A stretch of DNA of 63,376 nucleotides, counting the filler, from Saprolegnia diclina VS20 (lineage: Eukaryota): NCBI RefSeq assembly GCF_000281045.1. It is 11 parts of 2 records of this genome, joined end to end, with 100 filler letters (N's around TTAATTAATTAA, not from the genome) between each part and the next. Parts side by side here need not be neighbours in the genome. Positions count along the whole stretch, not along the records: positions 1 to 5,668 come from NW_008246080.1; positions 5,769 to 33,635 come from NW_008246080.1; 9 more parts are not named here. One strand, written 5' to 3'. Under the pieces are notes generated by a model, which was not told where the DNA came from, made no database searches, and worked only from the letters and a program-made list of their open reading frames with translations. The position numbers were made by a program, and so were the translations under genes. Shown here piece after piece: positions 1 through 11,900 of the stretch (position 1 is the stretch's first letter; each line of letters opens with the position of its first letter).

Positions 1-489
1 ACAGGGTTGGATCCAAGTCCAAAAAGTACTCGCCTACCGAGGTTCGTTGTCTGTACCGAGTGAGAAAAATAGTCGATTACCTTTGGCGTTGGGGCGCCAG
101 TGGTCACTTGAGAGCATCGCGTCAAAGTAGCTGCCAGGAATGCGTAGTAGCGTCTCGCGCGCGGTCATAAACAGCGTGCCGCCGACGTTGAGGGTGACGA
201 TTGTGGTCGACGCAGTGGGCTCGTCCGGAACGTCGCTGCACGCGCAGCGCTTGCCCGTGAGGTGTGCGAGCAGTGAGAGCTGCGTCTCGATATGCGTCTC
301 GCGCTGGCGCAGCTCGTCGTCGCGCTGCCGTTGTGCCTCTGCCGTCGTGACCACGTCGGTCACGAGCGTGTCCATCTCATTGACAAAGCAGCGCAGCGCA
401 GGCGGCAGCGTATCGTTGCCGTCGAGAAGCGCTTCCATTGATGCATGCAGCGCTGCCCAGCGCGCACCCACACTTACACCGTCGACCAT
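1..489 (-). CDS. Coiled-coil-BTB/POZ (KCTD-type) protein, copy A; 3' part runs off the window. Exon 1 489-81, intron 80-34, exon 2 from 33
   Basis: IVTLNVGGTLFMTARETLLRIPGSYFDAMLS is the KCTD/T1-type BTB signature. A 47-nt GT..AG intron restores K-G-E-Y-F-L-D, as in the paralogues. Confidence 0.85.
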
Positions 490-688
490 CGTTCCCAACT
501 TTTAGCAAGTCATGCAAGTCAACGAGCGAAATATCCGGATTGTAGCCGGTCTATTATTATCCGGATGCGTCATGGCACAATCCTGCCGCAGCGGAGTTGG
601 CATTTTGTGAGAATAAGATCTGAGATGCAAACTTGTGACTACTCATCGGTCTTTATGCGAATTGCTCGTCATGACGACTCTAACATCG

Positions 689-1824
689 CTACACGGGGAG
701 GAGCTTGACAACCGCGCCGCCAGACAAGATGCGTACGACAGGGTACAGCACAGCGTCCATTGGCACGTGGTGCAAACTGGCGGGCAGTGGGATGCCGTCG
801 ATCGCAAACGAAACGCGTTGTTGCTGCTGATGCAACGTCACCTGGAGGAAGATCGGGCGCGGTTTGGTCGTATCTACAACGTGGGCCGTGGTCGGTTGGT
901 AATGCGAGCTCAAAGCCCCAATCGAGCAGTCAAAAACCCACCCGCGCCGGTTCTGGGCCAGACGAAAGTCGGGCTCTTGAACAAAGTCGTCGAGCACCAT
1001 GAAGCCGACAAGGACCTCACTCCGAAGCGTCACAAGAACGCCAAAGTTCGTCGCTGGCGTCGATGCAAGCACATGACTCCAGCCGTGCTTTTGACTGCGC
1101 GCTCGTGTGTTGCCTTCGTCGAGCGTAATGGCCTCGGAACAGTGTAGTGGGTCCCACTGCAATCGCGGCGTCTCCACCGGCACTGGCGGCGCGGATGGCG
1201 CTGGCAGCGGCCACTCGATCTGGAGGTAGTCGAGCATCTCGCGGAGCTCGTCCTCGTCCGTATTCGAGAGCCCACTGAGGTTGAGCGTGCCCGTGCGAAG
1301 GTACTTGATCACTCGCGCAAACGTACTCGCGTCCAGGTCCAAAAAGTACTCGCCTACCGAGAGTCGTCGTCAGTACCATTCACCACAGATATACTAGTAG
1401 ATGGCGTTGTACCTTTTTCATTTGGCAGCCAGTGATCACATGAGAGCATCGCGTCAAAGTAGCTGCCTGGCATACGCAGCAGCGTCTCGCGCGCGGTCGT
1501 GAAGAGCGTGCCGCCGACGTTGAGTGTGATAGTCTTGGCGGGCGTAGGGAGTTGATCGACGGCCGTGTCCGCGTCTGTTTCGTGTCGATGGTTGTCGGCC
1601 TTGAGCTCTGCCAGCAGCTCAAGCTTGGCGTCAAGGCGTGCCTCTCGCTCTCGCAGCGCTGCTTCGTGCAGTCGCAGCGCTTCTTCCTTGGTCGCTACGT
1701 CCGACGCAATCGCAGACAACTCGTCGACGAGCTTGCATAGGGCGTCCGACGTTGTCTCGTCCAGTGCCGCCACCGAGGCTTGTAGCGCAGCGCAGCGGTC
1801 GTGCAAGGTCGGGCTGTCCACCAT
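689..1824 (-). CDS. Coiled-coil-BTB-SPRY/B30.2-like protein, copy B. Exons 1824-1413 and 1353-689
   Basis: BTB motif ITLNVGGTLFTTARETL...YFLDLDASTFARVIKYLRTG across a 59-nt intron. C-terminal WDP..CS...GW.FDC...VSFAIDG...LYPVV resembles PRY-SPRY. Confidence 0.85.
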
Positions 1825-1905
1825 CGTGTCAAACGTTGAAATGCCAGTCATCCGGATAAAGATGACATACCGGATACAGATGGATTCCGTCACCGCGCCT
1901 TGGTG

Positions 1906-3212
1906 CTATGTCTGCGCCGCCTCGATACTTACATAACGCAGCGACCAGCAATATGTCTTATGCGCACACACTCGCACAGACTTGTTGGTCCTTCTGAAGC
2001 ACCCTGCAATCGTGTACAAGTCCAAGCTTCTGCTATAGTTTATATATTTAGTGCCAAAAAGGTAGAAATGACCCCAAATTGTCGCCACCAAACCTTGTTC
2101 TTGCACAGGAAGGAGCCGCACGTTGGCTCCAGAGGAGAAGAGACGCACGATCGGATACAAGTCGACGTCGCTAACGACGTTGTGCAGGCTCATCGGGAGC
2201 AGTACGCCGTCGACCGCAAACGAGATGCGCTGCTGGAGGCGGTGCCACGCCACTTGAAGCAGCGCAAGTCGCTTCACCGTGGCGTCGACGAGGCTAATGG
2301 ACGCTGCTTCGTCGTGCGAGAACACTCTCCCGTCTGAACAGCTGAAGAACCAGCCGCGGGTCGTACTCTTGCGGTCAGGCACCGGCGACGTCTCGTCGTC
2401 AAGAGGAAGGAACCCGACTTCGGCATGAGACCCAAGCATAATGAGCACGGCAAAGGTCGACGCTGGTTGTGACGCGACGACACTGGCATAGCCATAGGAG
2501 CCGTGCGCGGCAAGCGTATTGTCGTCCGCAAGTTGAATCTTCGTGGAGCACCGGCGTGGGTCCCACTGCAGTGGCGCCATCGGTGCTGATGGCACGGGCG
2601 CCGGACTCTCGATCTGGATCTGGAGGTAGTCGAGCATCTCTCGTACATCCGCTTCTTGGTTGATCGTGAGTCCCTCGACATCCAGTGTGCCCGTGCGAAG
2701 CAGCTTCATGACGCGTGGAAACAGGGTTGGATCCAAGTCCAAAAAGTACTCGCCTACCGAGGTTCGTTGTCTGTACCGAGTGAGAAAAATAGTCGATTAC
2801 CTTTGGCGTTGGGGCACCAGCGGTCACTTGAGAGCATCGCGTCAAAGTAGCTGCCCCGCATACGCAGCAGCGTATCGCGCGCGGTCGTAAACAGCGTGCC
2901 ACCAACGTTGAGCGTGACGAGCTTGGCCTGCGCAGGCCCTTCTTCGCGCACCACGTCGTTGTTGTGTACTTGTGGAGGGGCCGTAGCTGTTTGCTGTGCC
3001 AGAAGCTCGAGCTTGGCGTCGATGCGCACTTCTCGCTCTCGCAGCGCCGCTTCGTGCAGCCGCAGTGCTTCTTCCTTGGTCGCTACGTCCGACGCAATCG
3101 CAGACAACTCGTCAACAAGCTTGCGTAGCGCGTCCGACTGTGCCTCGTCCAGCGCCGCCACCGAGGCTTGCAGCGCAGCGCAGCGGTCGCGCAAGTTTAG
3201 GCCGTCGACCAT
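1906..3212 (-). CDS. Coiled-coil-BTB-SPRY/B30.2-like protein, copy C, with a C-terminal extension. Exons 3212-2801 and 2753-1906
   Basis: Same architecture and intron position (2754-2800). Reads LLPV-Q where copies B and D stop. Confidence 0.8.
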
Positions 3213-3791
3213 CGTGTCAAATTTCGTCAAATCAGCCAATCCAAGGCAGCGTTGGACACATCCGGATATTGTAGAGACGGGATGCCGGATAACGCAGCCA
3301 AAATGCGCGAGCCAAGCTCACCGAGGCGTGACATAGCTTGTTCGTTCGGATGGCGACTTGACAACACCGATGTAGCTGCCAGGCACATCGAGTGATAAGT
3401 CTCCCGCTGCGTCGCACCGCGCGCCATCGAAGTAAGACCAAGGTAAAATGTATGGCCTTGGTGGGACAAATATTTTTAAAATCTCCAAGCTTGGGGTTGA
3501 CAAGAGCGTCGAGCAGTCTTGATTTGCATTCGATCGCCGAGCCAATGGGCTCCCGGGCGAAGCATTAGGCATCGTCGGTGGTGGCGCCTGGACGAGCGCC
3601 GATGTCGTCACTCAGACCAATCACACGCTGCCGTTGTTGACAACCAAACTTGTTACGACCCACTTCAACAACAACAACCAAACTTGTTGACCATCATGAG
3701 GAGCTCGTGAAATGTTGCCGTATCCGGCGCCATTGATTGTATCCGGATGGCCGGCGACCCGGATTTGCTTACTCTGCAACAATCTGACACG

Positions 3792-4882
3792 ATGGTCGAC
3801 GGCCTGACCCTGCGCGACCGCTGCGCTGCGCTGCAAGCCTCGGTGGCGACGCTGCTGCTCGAGACACCGTCGAACACATTTGGGCAGTTGGCCGATGAGA
3901 TGGCCGCGATTGCGTCGGACATGGCTACCAAAGAAGCGGCGTTGCACCTTCAGGAAGCCCGCATCGACGCCAAGCTCGAGTTGCTGGCCGAGATCGCAGC
4001 CACCAAGACAACTTTGCAGGAGCCGATCAAGGCCTCGGTGCGTGCAGAAGATCCTACGCTACGCAAGATCGTCACGCTCAACGTCGGCGGCACGCTCTTT
4101 ACAACGGCACGCGAGACGCTGCTGCGTACGCGAGGCAGCTACTTTGACGCAATGCTCTCGTCCGAGCACTGGCTACCAAACGAAAAAGGTACGGCGTATC
4201 GTGTATAGACCAGAACGTACTATGAATGACGTGGCGCGCTGTAGGCGAGTACTTTCTCGATGTGGATCCTAGCACGTTTGCACGCGTCATCAAGTACCTG
4301 CGCTCCGGTGCGCTCGACGTGAGCGGGCTCTCGGCAGCGGACAAAACCGAGCTCTGGGAGATGTTTGACTACCTTCAGATCAAGTGGCCAGTGCGGGTGT
4401 CAACGTCGATCGAGGCGCCGCGATTGCATTGGGACTCGTCGCACTGCTCCGAATTCATTTCGCTCGACGAAAACAACATGCAAGCTACGAGCTCCAAGAT
4501 CGTACGGGCCAACGTGCTTGGGTCGATGCCCGTGACAACGTTCGCTGTGCGCGTACACCTCGGTGACAATGTCGAAGTTGGCTTTTTGCCGCGGCACCAA
4601 TTTTCGCCCAAGGCCTCCGAGTGCGGATGGTACTTTCACTGCGAGACGGGCACGATTCGCTCGCGCGGCGTGCGTTTGACGGAGCCGAGTATTAGTCTTG
4701 AGACCGGGTATCGATCCGTGTTCCTTCAGGTAACGTGGCATCGGGACCAAGAGCGCATCTCGTTTGCGGCCGACGGCGTGCCGCTCTCAATCGGACTGCA
4801 AGACGTTCCCACCGACGTTCCGTTGTATCCATTTGCTCGATTTTCGATGTGCGACACGAGCGTCAAGCTTTTGCCCGTATAA
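3792..4882 (+). CDS. Coiled-coil-BTB-SPRY/B30.2-like protein, copy D. Exons 3792-4188 and 4245-4882; alternative upstream ATG at 3747
   Basis: MVDGLTLRDRCAALQASV start shared with paralogues. BTB motif, 56-nt GT..AG intron, and SPRY-like tail ending LLPV*. Confidence 0.85.
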
Positions 4883-5221
4883 TCTGCGATCAAGCATCAA
4901 GATTTTTCATAGTAAACCAAGCTAGCAGCGATAGTGTCGTCCTCTCCGACCATATCCTTGCATCGACTACGCGAGTGTACTGTGCGAGCCGCACTACTCC
5001 TTCCCTCGCGCCGCCGAGAGATAGAATATTTCATGTGACAAGTACGGAATGTGGCGGTGGCCAGTAAAGATGGCCATCACAACAGCTCGGTTCGCCGTTT
5101 CCATGACGTGGCAGTCCCAGCGACGTTTGAAACCGTCGCAACTTCAACTTGCAACATCCAATTATCGATATATTTTCGTTTCAAGTCATCCATGCATTTA
5201 CTAGTACAAAATCAGCGCAGA

Positions 5222-5668
5222 CTATGCCAAGCCGGCCTGCTGCATGAGCCCGTGAAACGTGCCGCGTTGCTGGAGCAGCGTCGCCGGCGCGTCAAACTCG
5301 TCGACCTGGCCTTTCTCGAGCACGAGGATGCGGTCGCAGTGCAAAATGGTCTCGAGCCGGTGCGCAATGACGAGCAGCGTCACGTTGACAAAGCACGTCC
5401 GGATCGCGTCCTGGATGAGACGATCGGACGCCACGTCGACGTTGGCTGTCGCTTCGTCCAAAACGACAATCTTGGACTGCCGGAGAAGCGCGCGCGCAAT
5501 GCAGACGAGCTGGCGCTGGCCCACCGAGAGGTTGGCGCCGCGCTCGGCCACGTCAAAGTCGAGGCCGCCAAGGCTCTTGACGTACGAAGCCAGCTGCACG
5601 TGCTTGAGTGCGGCCCAGAGCGCCGCGTCGCTGGCGTCGCCGGACGGATCCAAGTTGAAGCGCAGCGA
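5222..5668 (-). CDS. ABC transporter C family (MRP-like), C-terminal NBD2 fragment truncated by a gap
   Basis: NLSVGQRQLVCIARALL (signature), IVVLDEATANVD (Walker B/D-loop), IAHRL (H-loop). Confidence 0.9.
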   Translation of the reverse strand, partial: SLRFNLDPSGDASDAALWAALKHVQLASYVKSLGGLDFDVAERGANLSVGQRQLVCIARALLRQSKIVVLDEATANVDVASDRLIQDAIRTCFVNVTLLVIAHRLETILHCDRILVLEKGQVDEFDAPATLLQQRGTFHGLMQQAGLA

Positions 5669-5768
5669 NNNNNNNNNNNNNNNNNNNNNNNNNNNNNNNN
5701 NNNNNNNNNNNNTTAATTAATTAANNNNNNNNNNNNNNNNNNNNNNNNNNNNNNNNNNNNNNNNNNNN
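5669..5768. other. Artificial contig spacer (N44-TTAATTAATTAA-N44). The 12-mer lies at 5713, 33680, 38295, 40936, 43898, 45142, 46246, 54021, 56545 and 57750
   Basis: An identical six-frame-stop 12-mer centred in N runs occurs ten times. Confidence 0.95.
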
Positions 5769-6776
5769 TCTGACAAATAGAAACATCCATTTCAAATGGA
5801 TTCCGCGAAAGTTTCTCTTGTTGTAGGCATCGAACGGCAACGCAACAGGGTTTTTTGTGCTCTTCAAAGCCATCTCTACACACCTGCAACGTAAGAGCGA
5901 TTTCACTTGCAATGTCTGATTCGTCATGCGAGGTCGGCGGGATGCGCTGTGGAGCGTGAGTGATGACGTATGATTGGACATAAATAATTTTAAATCTGAC
6001 CAATAAAGCGCATCGAATTCAGATCCAATAACCTGACACCACCCACACCTCATCTAACCACCCCTTTTTCATATCCAAGTATCGAAAGAGCGATTCTTTA
6101 GCCACCGTTCGCGATGTTGCTAGCGTCTCGAAGCCACTACGTTAAAACATCTTCAAAAAAAGCGAGCCCAACACGCGATTGATTGAGCTCGAGTACAGTC
6201 GCAGACGCAAAGCCGTCGACCACAAGAGCTGCGAACTTGTGCACAAGGGCGCCTCGTCAAGTTTTTTACGGACTCTCGTGTTTTGTGCTGTATGTATAGA
6301 GCACGACGCAGGGAGTCCGAAATCCAAGAATGGTGCTCGTCGCGTGCCCACAGCGCGTGCCATGCACAGCTTTAGTCGATGCAAGACCATTTGATACATT
6401 GATACATTGATACGGTCTCTATACCTGTAGATGTTGCCGCGCGGGTGTCGCAACGCGAACAGCTTCCCTTCTGCAATCTGTTTGGCGCACTTCTGGTACA
6501 TGTACGTGCTTTCCAAAGTCTCGTCGTCGCAGTGGTGGATGCGTGCACTACGATGGGTCCAGCCCATGCAAGTGCTATTACGACCTGCCAAAAGCCTCCC
6601 GCTCCGACGCTCTGGTCGTCTCTCCTTCGCAGCAATAGGCTTGCAAATCACTGCTTTGGGACTGCAAACGCGAGCTCGACGCTAGAGCTTTTGCCGACGA
6701 GCCAATTTGCCGCGTACAAGGTCGTTGCTCATGTCCATTGCTAGCGGTCGCAACGAAAACGCCACGTTATCAAGGG

Positions 6777-8573
6777 TTAGGTATACACGAGCCGTCGCAC
6801 GCTCAAGTTCAAAGGATCTGTGACGTAGAGCGCGCCAGACGCGTCGATATAAATGTACTGGGGATAGTTGAACGCGGCGGAGCTGCCCGCGCCGTCGACG
6901 TTGCCGAAGACGCCGGGTGTACCCGCGATCGTGATGACGTCATCATTCGTATCGATCGCGCGGATGCAATGGTTATGGGTGTCGACCACAAACACAATAC
7001 CATCAGAGTCGGCCACAATACCATGGGGTTCGTTGAAGGCGGCACTCGCACCGTGGCCGTCGGCGTGGCCCGCCGTACTACTGCCAATGTCTGTGGCACT
7101 GCCGTCGAGACCAATCTTGCGCACGAGGTTGCCGTCCGTGATATACACCAGACCCGACGGCGCCTCTGCAACCCCAAGCGGAACGTTGTAGGTTGGTATC
7201 GATGCTGGACCGACGGCCCCAGGCCCCGAGAACGTTGAGACAGTGCCGGCGCTGATCGACCGTACTTTGGCGTTGTTCGTGTCGGCGACAAGGACGCGGT
7301 TGGTGCCAACGGCGATGCCCATTGGTCCATGAAACGTGGCGGCGCTGACACTTCCGTCAGCACTGCCCGTGGCACCGGTACCAGCCAAGGTTGCGACGAC
7401 ACCTCTCGCGTCCACCGTGCGCACAGCGTTGTTACCGGCGTCGGCCACGAGCAGCGTTCCGTCGGAAGCGAGCGCGAGGCCGCCAATGTACAAAAAGCGT
7501 GCGCTTGCGTTGACGCCGTTGAGAAACCCCGTCGAACTTGCCGAGCCTGCCAACGGCGTCAGTTTATTGCTGGCGAGATCGATGCGCATGATGGAACTTG
7601 AACTGTCGGCGACGAACAGTGAATATGCGTCACCAGTGATGCCCTTGAGCGAGGTAAAATTGGTGATGACGCCATTGCCTACAAACGTTGACACGGTGTA
7701 CGATCGGTTGGCGACCGGTGGCGGTGTCGGCGCAGGAGACGGTGCAGGCATCGGCGTGGGTGTCGGCACAGTCGGCGTAGTGGGCGTCGGCGCGTTCGAG
7801 GTTGATGTCGCTTCGTTCGACGACGGGATGAACGCAACGCAGAGTCCAATGATGCAAATAAGAGCAGCGACCAATAGCCCAAGGCCATAGAGCCTCTTGC
7901 GACGCTGTCGTCTTGGCGCTGCACTGTCCTCCCCAGTGCTGACGTCGTCCAAGATGTAAGCCGTTCGTGTTTGGGTCTGCTGGACCATTGCACCGAGTGT
8001 GGCGACGACACTGGCGATCGATTTTCGCTCCGAGAGTGGCAGACAAGTCAAGCCATTGGCCAGCGTCCAGAGATCCACGGGCATCGTCTCGGGCCTGCGG
8101 TCACTGAGATCCATTTTCGCGTCGACCAAACCACGGTAGGCTTCGATCAGACAACTGCCAAACGCACACACATCGGCGGTCTGCGCATCGGCCAGACGCA
8201 TCTTGTCCTCGATCTGGAGGTCACGGGGGGCACTCAGGCTGGCCTTATAGCCGCCACCGATCGCATCGCAGACACCAACCGTTGCACATGACACGTCACC
8301 GTGAAACAAACCTTGGTCGTGCGTCGACGCGAGGTCTTTGGCGGCATCGAGGAGCAGCTGGAGTCGCATTGGCGGTGACACTTGAACGAGCCGGAGAAAG
8401 ACGCGCAGCGAGCCATACTCAGCGTTCCTTATGTTGCTTGGCTGGTGCTTGGGGGGAACCAATGCGTGGGAGGTAAGTAGGTCGACGCTCACGCAATCGG
8501 GCGCTGCCACGAGGCGACCGGACGCGGGGTCGCCGGGAGCGTCGCCGGTCGCCAGTGTATCGGCAGTGGACAT
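6777..8573 (-). CDS. Type II membrane protein: degenerate kinase-like N-terminus, TM helix, Pro/Thr stalk, NHL-repeat beta-propeller
   Basis: Kinase C-lobe-like HGDV, ADVCAFG and RPETMP..LW...ER motifs. RRQRRKR precedes hydrophobic LYGLGLLVAALICIIGLCVAFIP. Repeated F..P.GIAV...VADT.N..VR NHL units follow. Confidence 0.8.
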   Translation of the reverse strand: MSTADTLATGDAPGDPASGRLVAAPDCVSVDLLTSHALVPPKHQPSNIRNAEYGSLRVFLRLVQVSPPMRLQLLLDAAKDLASTHDQGLFHGDVSCATVGVCDAIGGGYKASLSAPRDLQIEDKMRLADAQTADVCAFGSCLIEAYRGLVDAKMDLSDRRPETMPVDLWTLANGLTCLPLSERKSIASVVATLGAMVQQTQTRTAYILDDVSTGEDSAAPRRQRRKRLYGLGLLVAALICIIGLCVAFIPSSNEATSTSNAPTPTTPTVPTPTPMPAPSPAPTPPPVANRSYTVSTFVGNGVITNFTSLKGITGDAYSLFVADSSSSIMRIDLASNKLTPLAGSASSTGFLNGVNASARFLYIGGLALASDGTLLVADAGNNAVRTVDARGVVATLAGTGATGSADGSVSAATFHGPMGIAVGTNRVLVADTNNAKVRSISAGTVSTFSGPGAVGPASIPTYNVPLGVAEAPSGLVYITDGNLVRKIGLDGSATDIGSSTAGHADGHGASAAFNEPHGIVADSDGIVFVVDTHNHCIRAIDTNDDVITIAGTPGVFGNVDGAGSSAAFNYPQYIYIDASGALYVTDPLNLSVRRLVYT

Positions 8574-8901
8574 CACAGCCAAACGACAGGGTGGGTGCAG
8601 TGTACGTGCGCACTGCAAGTGTAAGTCATGTATTCAAAAGAATGATTCACCTCGAAATAGAAACTCGTGGAGCTTTTGGAGTTGGGTATTTTCGGCCTCT
8701 GATTTTGATATTTACTGTATCAACTTTGGAGGTCGAGAAGATCGGCCTCTTTGGTATGTCCCATTATTTTGTACGCATGTCCTTGCTGTGCCGCTCTTGA
8801 GGTTGTGAGCATTAACATTAGACAACGTGACATATCACACTCTGCATCACCCGTCCTTTATAAAATACAAACATGCAATTGTGTAGGTTATATAACTTGT
8901 T

Positions 8902-11900
8902 CTAGTCGCTGCCTTGAAGGAGCTCAAACCACTGCCGCAGCGCGTTGCATAGCGTTTCGGGCAACAGCGTCGTGTCCTTCATGATGACGTAATACGGGAA
9001 CGGGAAGTTGTCCATGTAGGGCGTCATCTCGACCTTGCCGCGCACAAACGAGACGCTCTGCGTGTCGCAAATGCCTTGGCCGTCCTTGGGGTGGTCGACG
9101 ATCAACAGCACAATCAGCTGCTGCTTCTCCATCGCGTGCTGGACCAGCTTTTGCATGCGCGTGCGGCCGTCCTTGTCGAAGCGGCCGTCGGAAATCATGA
9201 AGACGATCTGCGTGATCTCGCTCCCGCTGTGGTGGCTCGACGCCTTGGCCTGGTCCAAGAGCCCCACGATGGCCTCGAGCGTCTGGACCATGTGCGTCTT
9301 GGTCTGGTCAAACTGGAACGACCGAATGACGCGGCCACCGGCGTCGTCCGTGAACGGCATATCGAACGGATGCAAGAGCTCGACGGCAGCGCCAAACTTG
9401 ACGACTGAAATGTCACCGACTTCGAGCTGCGTCATACCCTTGCAGAGCGTCGTGAGCGCCTCCAGCGCGAGCCGACCGGCGTGGTTGTCGGCCATCGATT
9501 CCGAGTCGTCGATCGCCACCATGACTTGGTACGCGCGCTTGCTCGGCTTCGTGCGCCGCAGCCAGATCTTGTCCTTCCGGAACGACGAAGCAATGTACGG
9601 GATGACCTTGCGCATGTTGATGCGCTTCCCCGTGCGGTAGTCGCCCTGGAGACGCGACCGGAGCATCGGCGCCAGCACGAGACGCAGCTGCTCGCAGAGA
9701 CGCTGGGCGCCCGCACGCGTAATGTGGTCATACGTGTTCCAGAGCGCCGTGCCGCGCTCGATCGAGTCGACGGTAGGACACGACATGGCCGCGTCCAACT
9801 GCACTCGGAGCGCGTCGACGTCAAAGCTCGTGGTAGCGTCAAGGCCGCTTTCGCCGCCAGCGCCGGCACCGGACGCGACGACCGGCGCAAACTCGTCGAC
9901 TTCTTCGTCGATGCGGCGTTCAAAGTCGTTGCGGACGTCGTCGTCGTCGACGCCCATGTCGTCATCGACGTCCTCGTCAATGAGCTCTTCGGCCTTGAGA
10001 CCTTGCTCCTTGGCCTTCTGCATCTTGTCTTGCGGGGCCTTGGGCGCCTTCTCTTCGTCCTGGGTCTCGGTCGGCTTGTCGTCGACGACCGGGGTTTCTT
10101 CGGGCGCCGGCGTCTCGTCGTCGTCCATGGGCTCGTCGGGCTTGTCGCCGTCCTTGTCCTCGTCGTCGTCGGCGCCGTGCATGACCGTGTCTTCGGTCGG
10201 TGCGAGGGCCAACTCGGCCTTCTCGTCGTCGTCCGCGAGCTCGCCGACACCGCCGTCGTCCTTTGTATCGTCGTCGGCGCCGTCGTCGTCGTTCTCATCC
10301 GCGTTTTGGTCCTTGGTCGCGTCCGAGTCGAGGATCTCCATGCGCTTGCGCCAATGTTCCTGCGCCTTGCGCGGGTTTTGGTACGGGTTGGGGTCCTTGC
10401 GCTCGCGCGACTGCGGGTCCGCCGACGCATCGCTGTGCACCGACTGCAGATCCTTTCCTTCCGGGTTGGCTTGGCCGCCCTGGCGATCTTGGTTCTGCTC
10501 GGCCGAGTCTTCCGCGTCCGCCATGTCCTCGTCGGCCTTTTCTTGGTCGTCTTCCTTGGCTTCTTCGGGCTCCATCGTGTCGGCGCCGTCCTTGGACTCG
10601 AGGCCCGCGACCGCGCCGGCGTTCTGGCTCTCGTCCTTCTTCTCCTCTGGCATGATCTCTTCGGGCACTTCCTCTTCCAGCTTGGACTCGTCGTCCTTTT
10701 GCTCGTCGGGGACGTCCTGATCGTCCATACCGGCGCCCATCGAGACGGGCTCGGGCGCCTCCGCATCCTCTTCGTCGTCCTTGGCCTCGTCGTCTTCGGG
10801 CGCAGCCGACTCGTCCTCGGCACCCTCGCCTTCAGGCGACTCGTCGTTCGGCATCTCTTCGTCGATTTGCTCGTCGTCGTCCTTGTCCTTGTCGTCGTCG
10901 TCACCGTCACCATCGAGCTTCATGTCTTCTGCAAACTCTTCTTCCTCGGGCTTGGACTCTTCGTCGTCAGGGTTGGCGTCGCGCGGCGCCAGGTCGTCGT
11001 GATCTTCCTCGTACTTGTCTTCAGTATCTTCGTTGATCTCGTCGTCGGGCATCGGACCATCCTTCTTCTCATCGTCGTCGTCACCACCGTCGTCATCGTC
11101 GTCCTTCGAGTCGTCGGCGGCGGCCGGGGGTTGCGGCGTGTCCTTCTTCTCATCCTTGTCCTTGTCATCCTTCTCATCCTCGTCTTCGTCACCGTCCTTG
11201 CCGCGGACTTCGTCTTCGAGCGCCTCGCCTTCCATTTCCTTGTCGTCAAACTTCTCCTTGTCCTTGTCAATGTTGTCGTCTTCGTCGTCCGAGTCTTCAC
11301 CCCACCGCTTCTCGTCGACAATGTTGTCTTCGTCAAAGTCGCCCATTTCACGGTCGAGTTCCTCTTGGTCGTCGTCGTCGTCCTTGTCGTCGTCCTTCTG
11401 GTCGTCGTCGTCAATGTCCTCAAGCTGTCCGTCAAAGTCGTTGTTCATCTCGAGACCCGAGTCGTCCTTCTCCTTGTCCTTCTTCTCTTGGTTCTCGGGC
11501 GGCGGCTCGTCGCCCTTGAGGCCGAGCAACTGCTCTTCGTCCTCGATCTGGTCCGACACGTCCTTCTTGCCGTCGCCTTCGCCCATGCCCGTGCCTTCCA
11601 CGTCATCTTCAAAGTTGAACTGACCGCCGGTCGAGTCGTCTTCCTTCTCTTCTGGCGCCTTGCAAAAGCCGTTCGAGAGCAGCGTCCGGAAGACGCGGAC
11701 GATGACAAACTCGGCTTTGGACATGCTCTTGTGGACGTAGATGACGTCGGCGAGCAGCTGGTAGTGCCACTGGACAAGCGCGCTGAGCGCCGGCACGAGC
11801 GACTGCACCCAGCGCAAGCACGGCGCCACGTCCGCCGACGACGATGCATGCAAGTGCGACAGAAGCGAGAGCAGCTGCGCCGGAATCTTGTGCACTTGGC

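Noticed and set aside
5713..5724. TTAATTAATTAA as a biological repeat or piggyBac TTAA target
   Set aside because: Always centred in N runs; it is a six-frame-stop assembly spacer. Gene adjacency across these points is not reliable.
6142..6744. Cys-containing short ORFs, possibly a piggyBac-like Cys-rich remnant
   Set aside because: Motif spacing is unconvincing and no transposase core is visible.
9900..11650. Low-complexity D/E-rich repeats
   Set aside because: This is the expected acidic tail of midasin, not a separate element.
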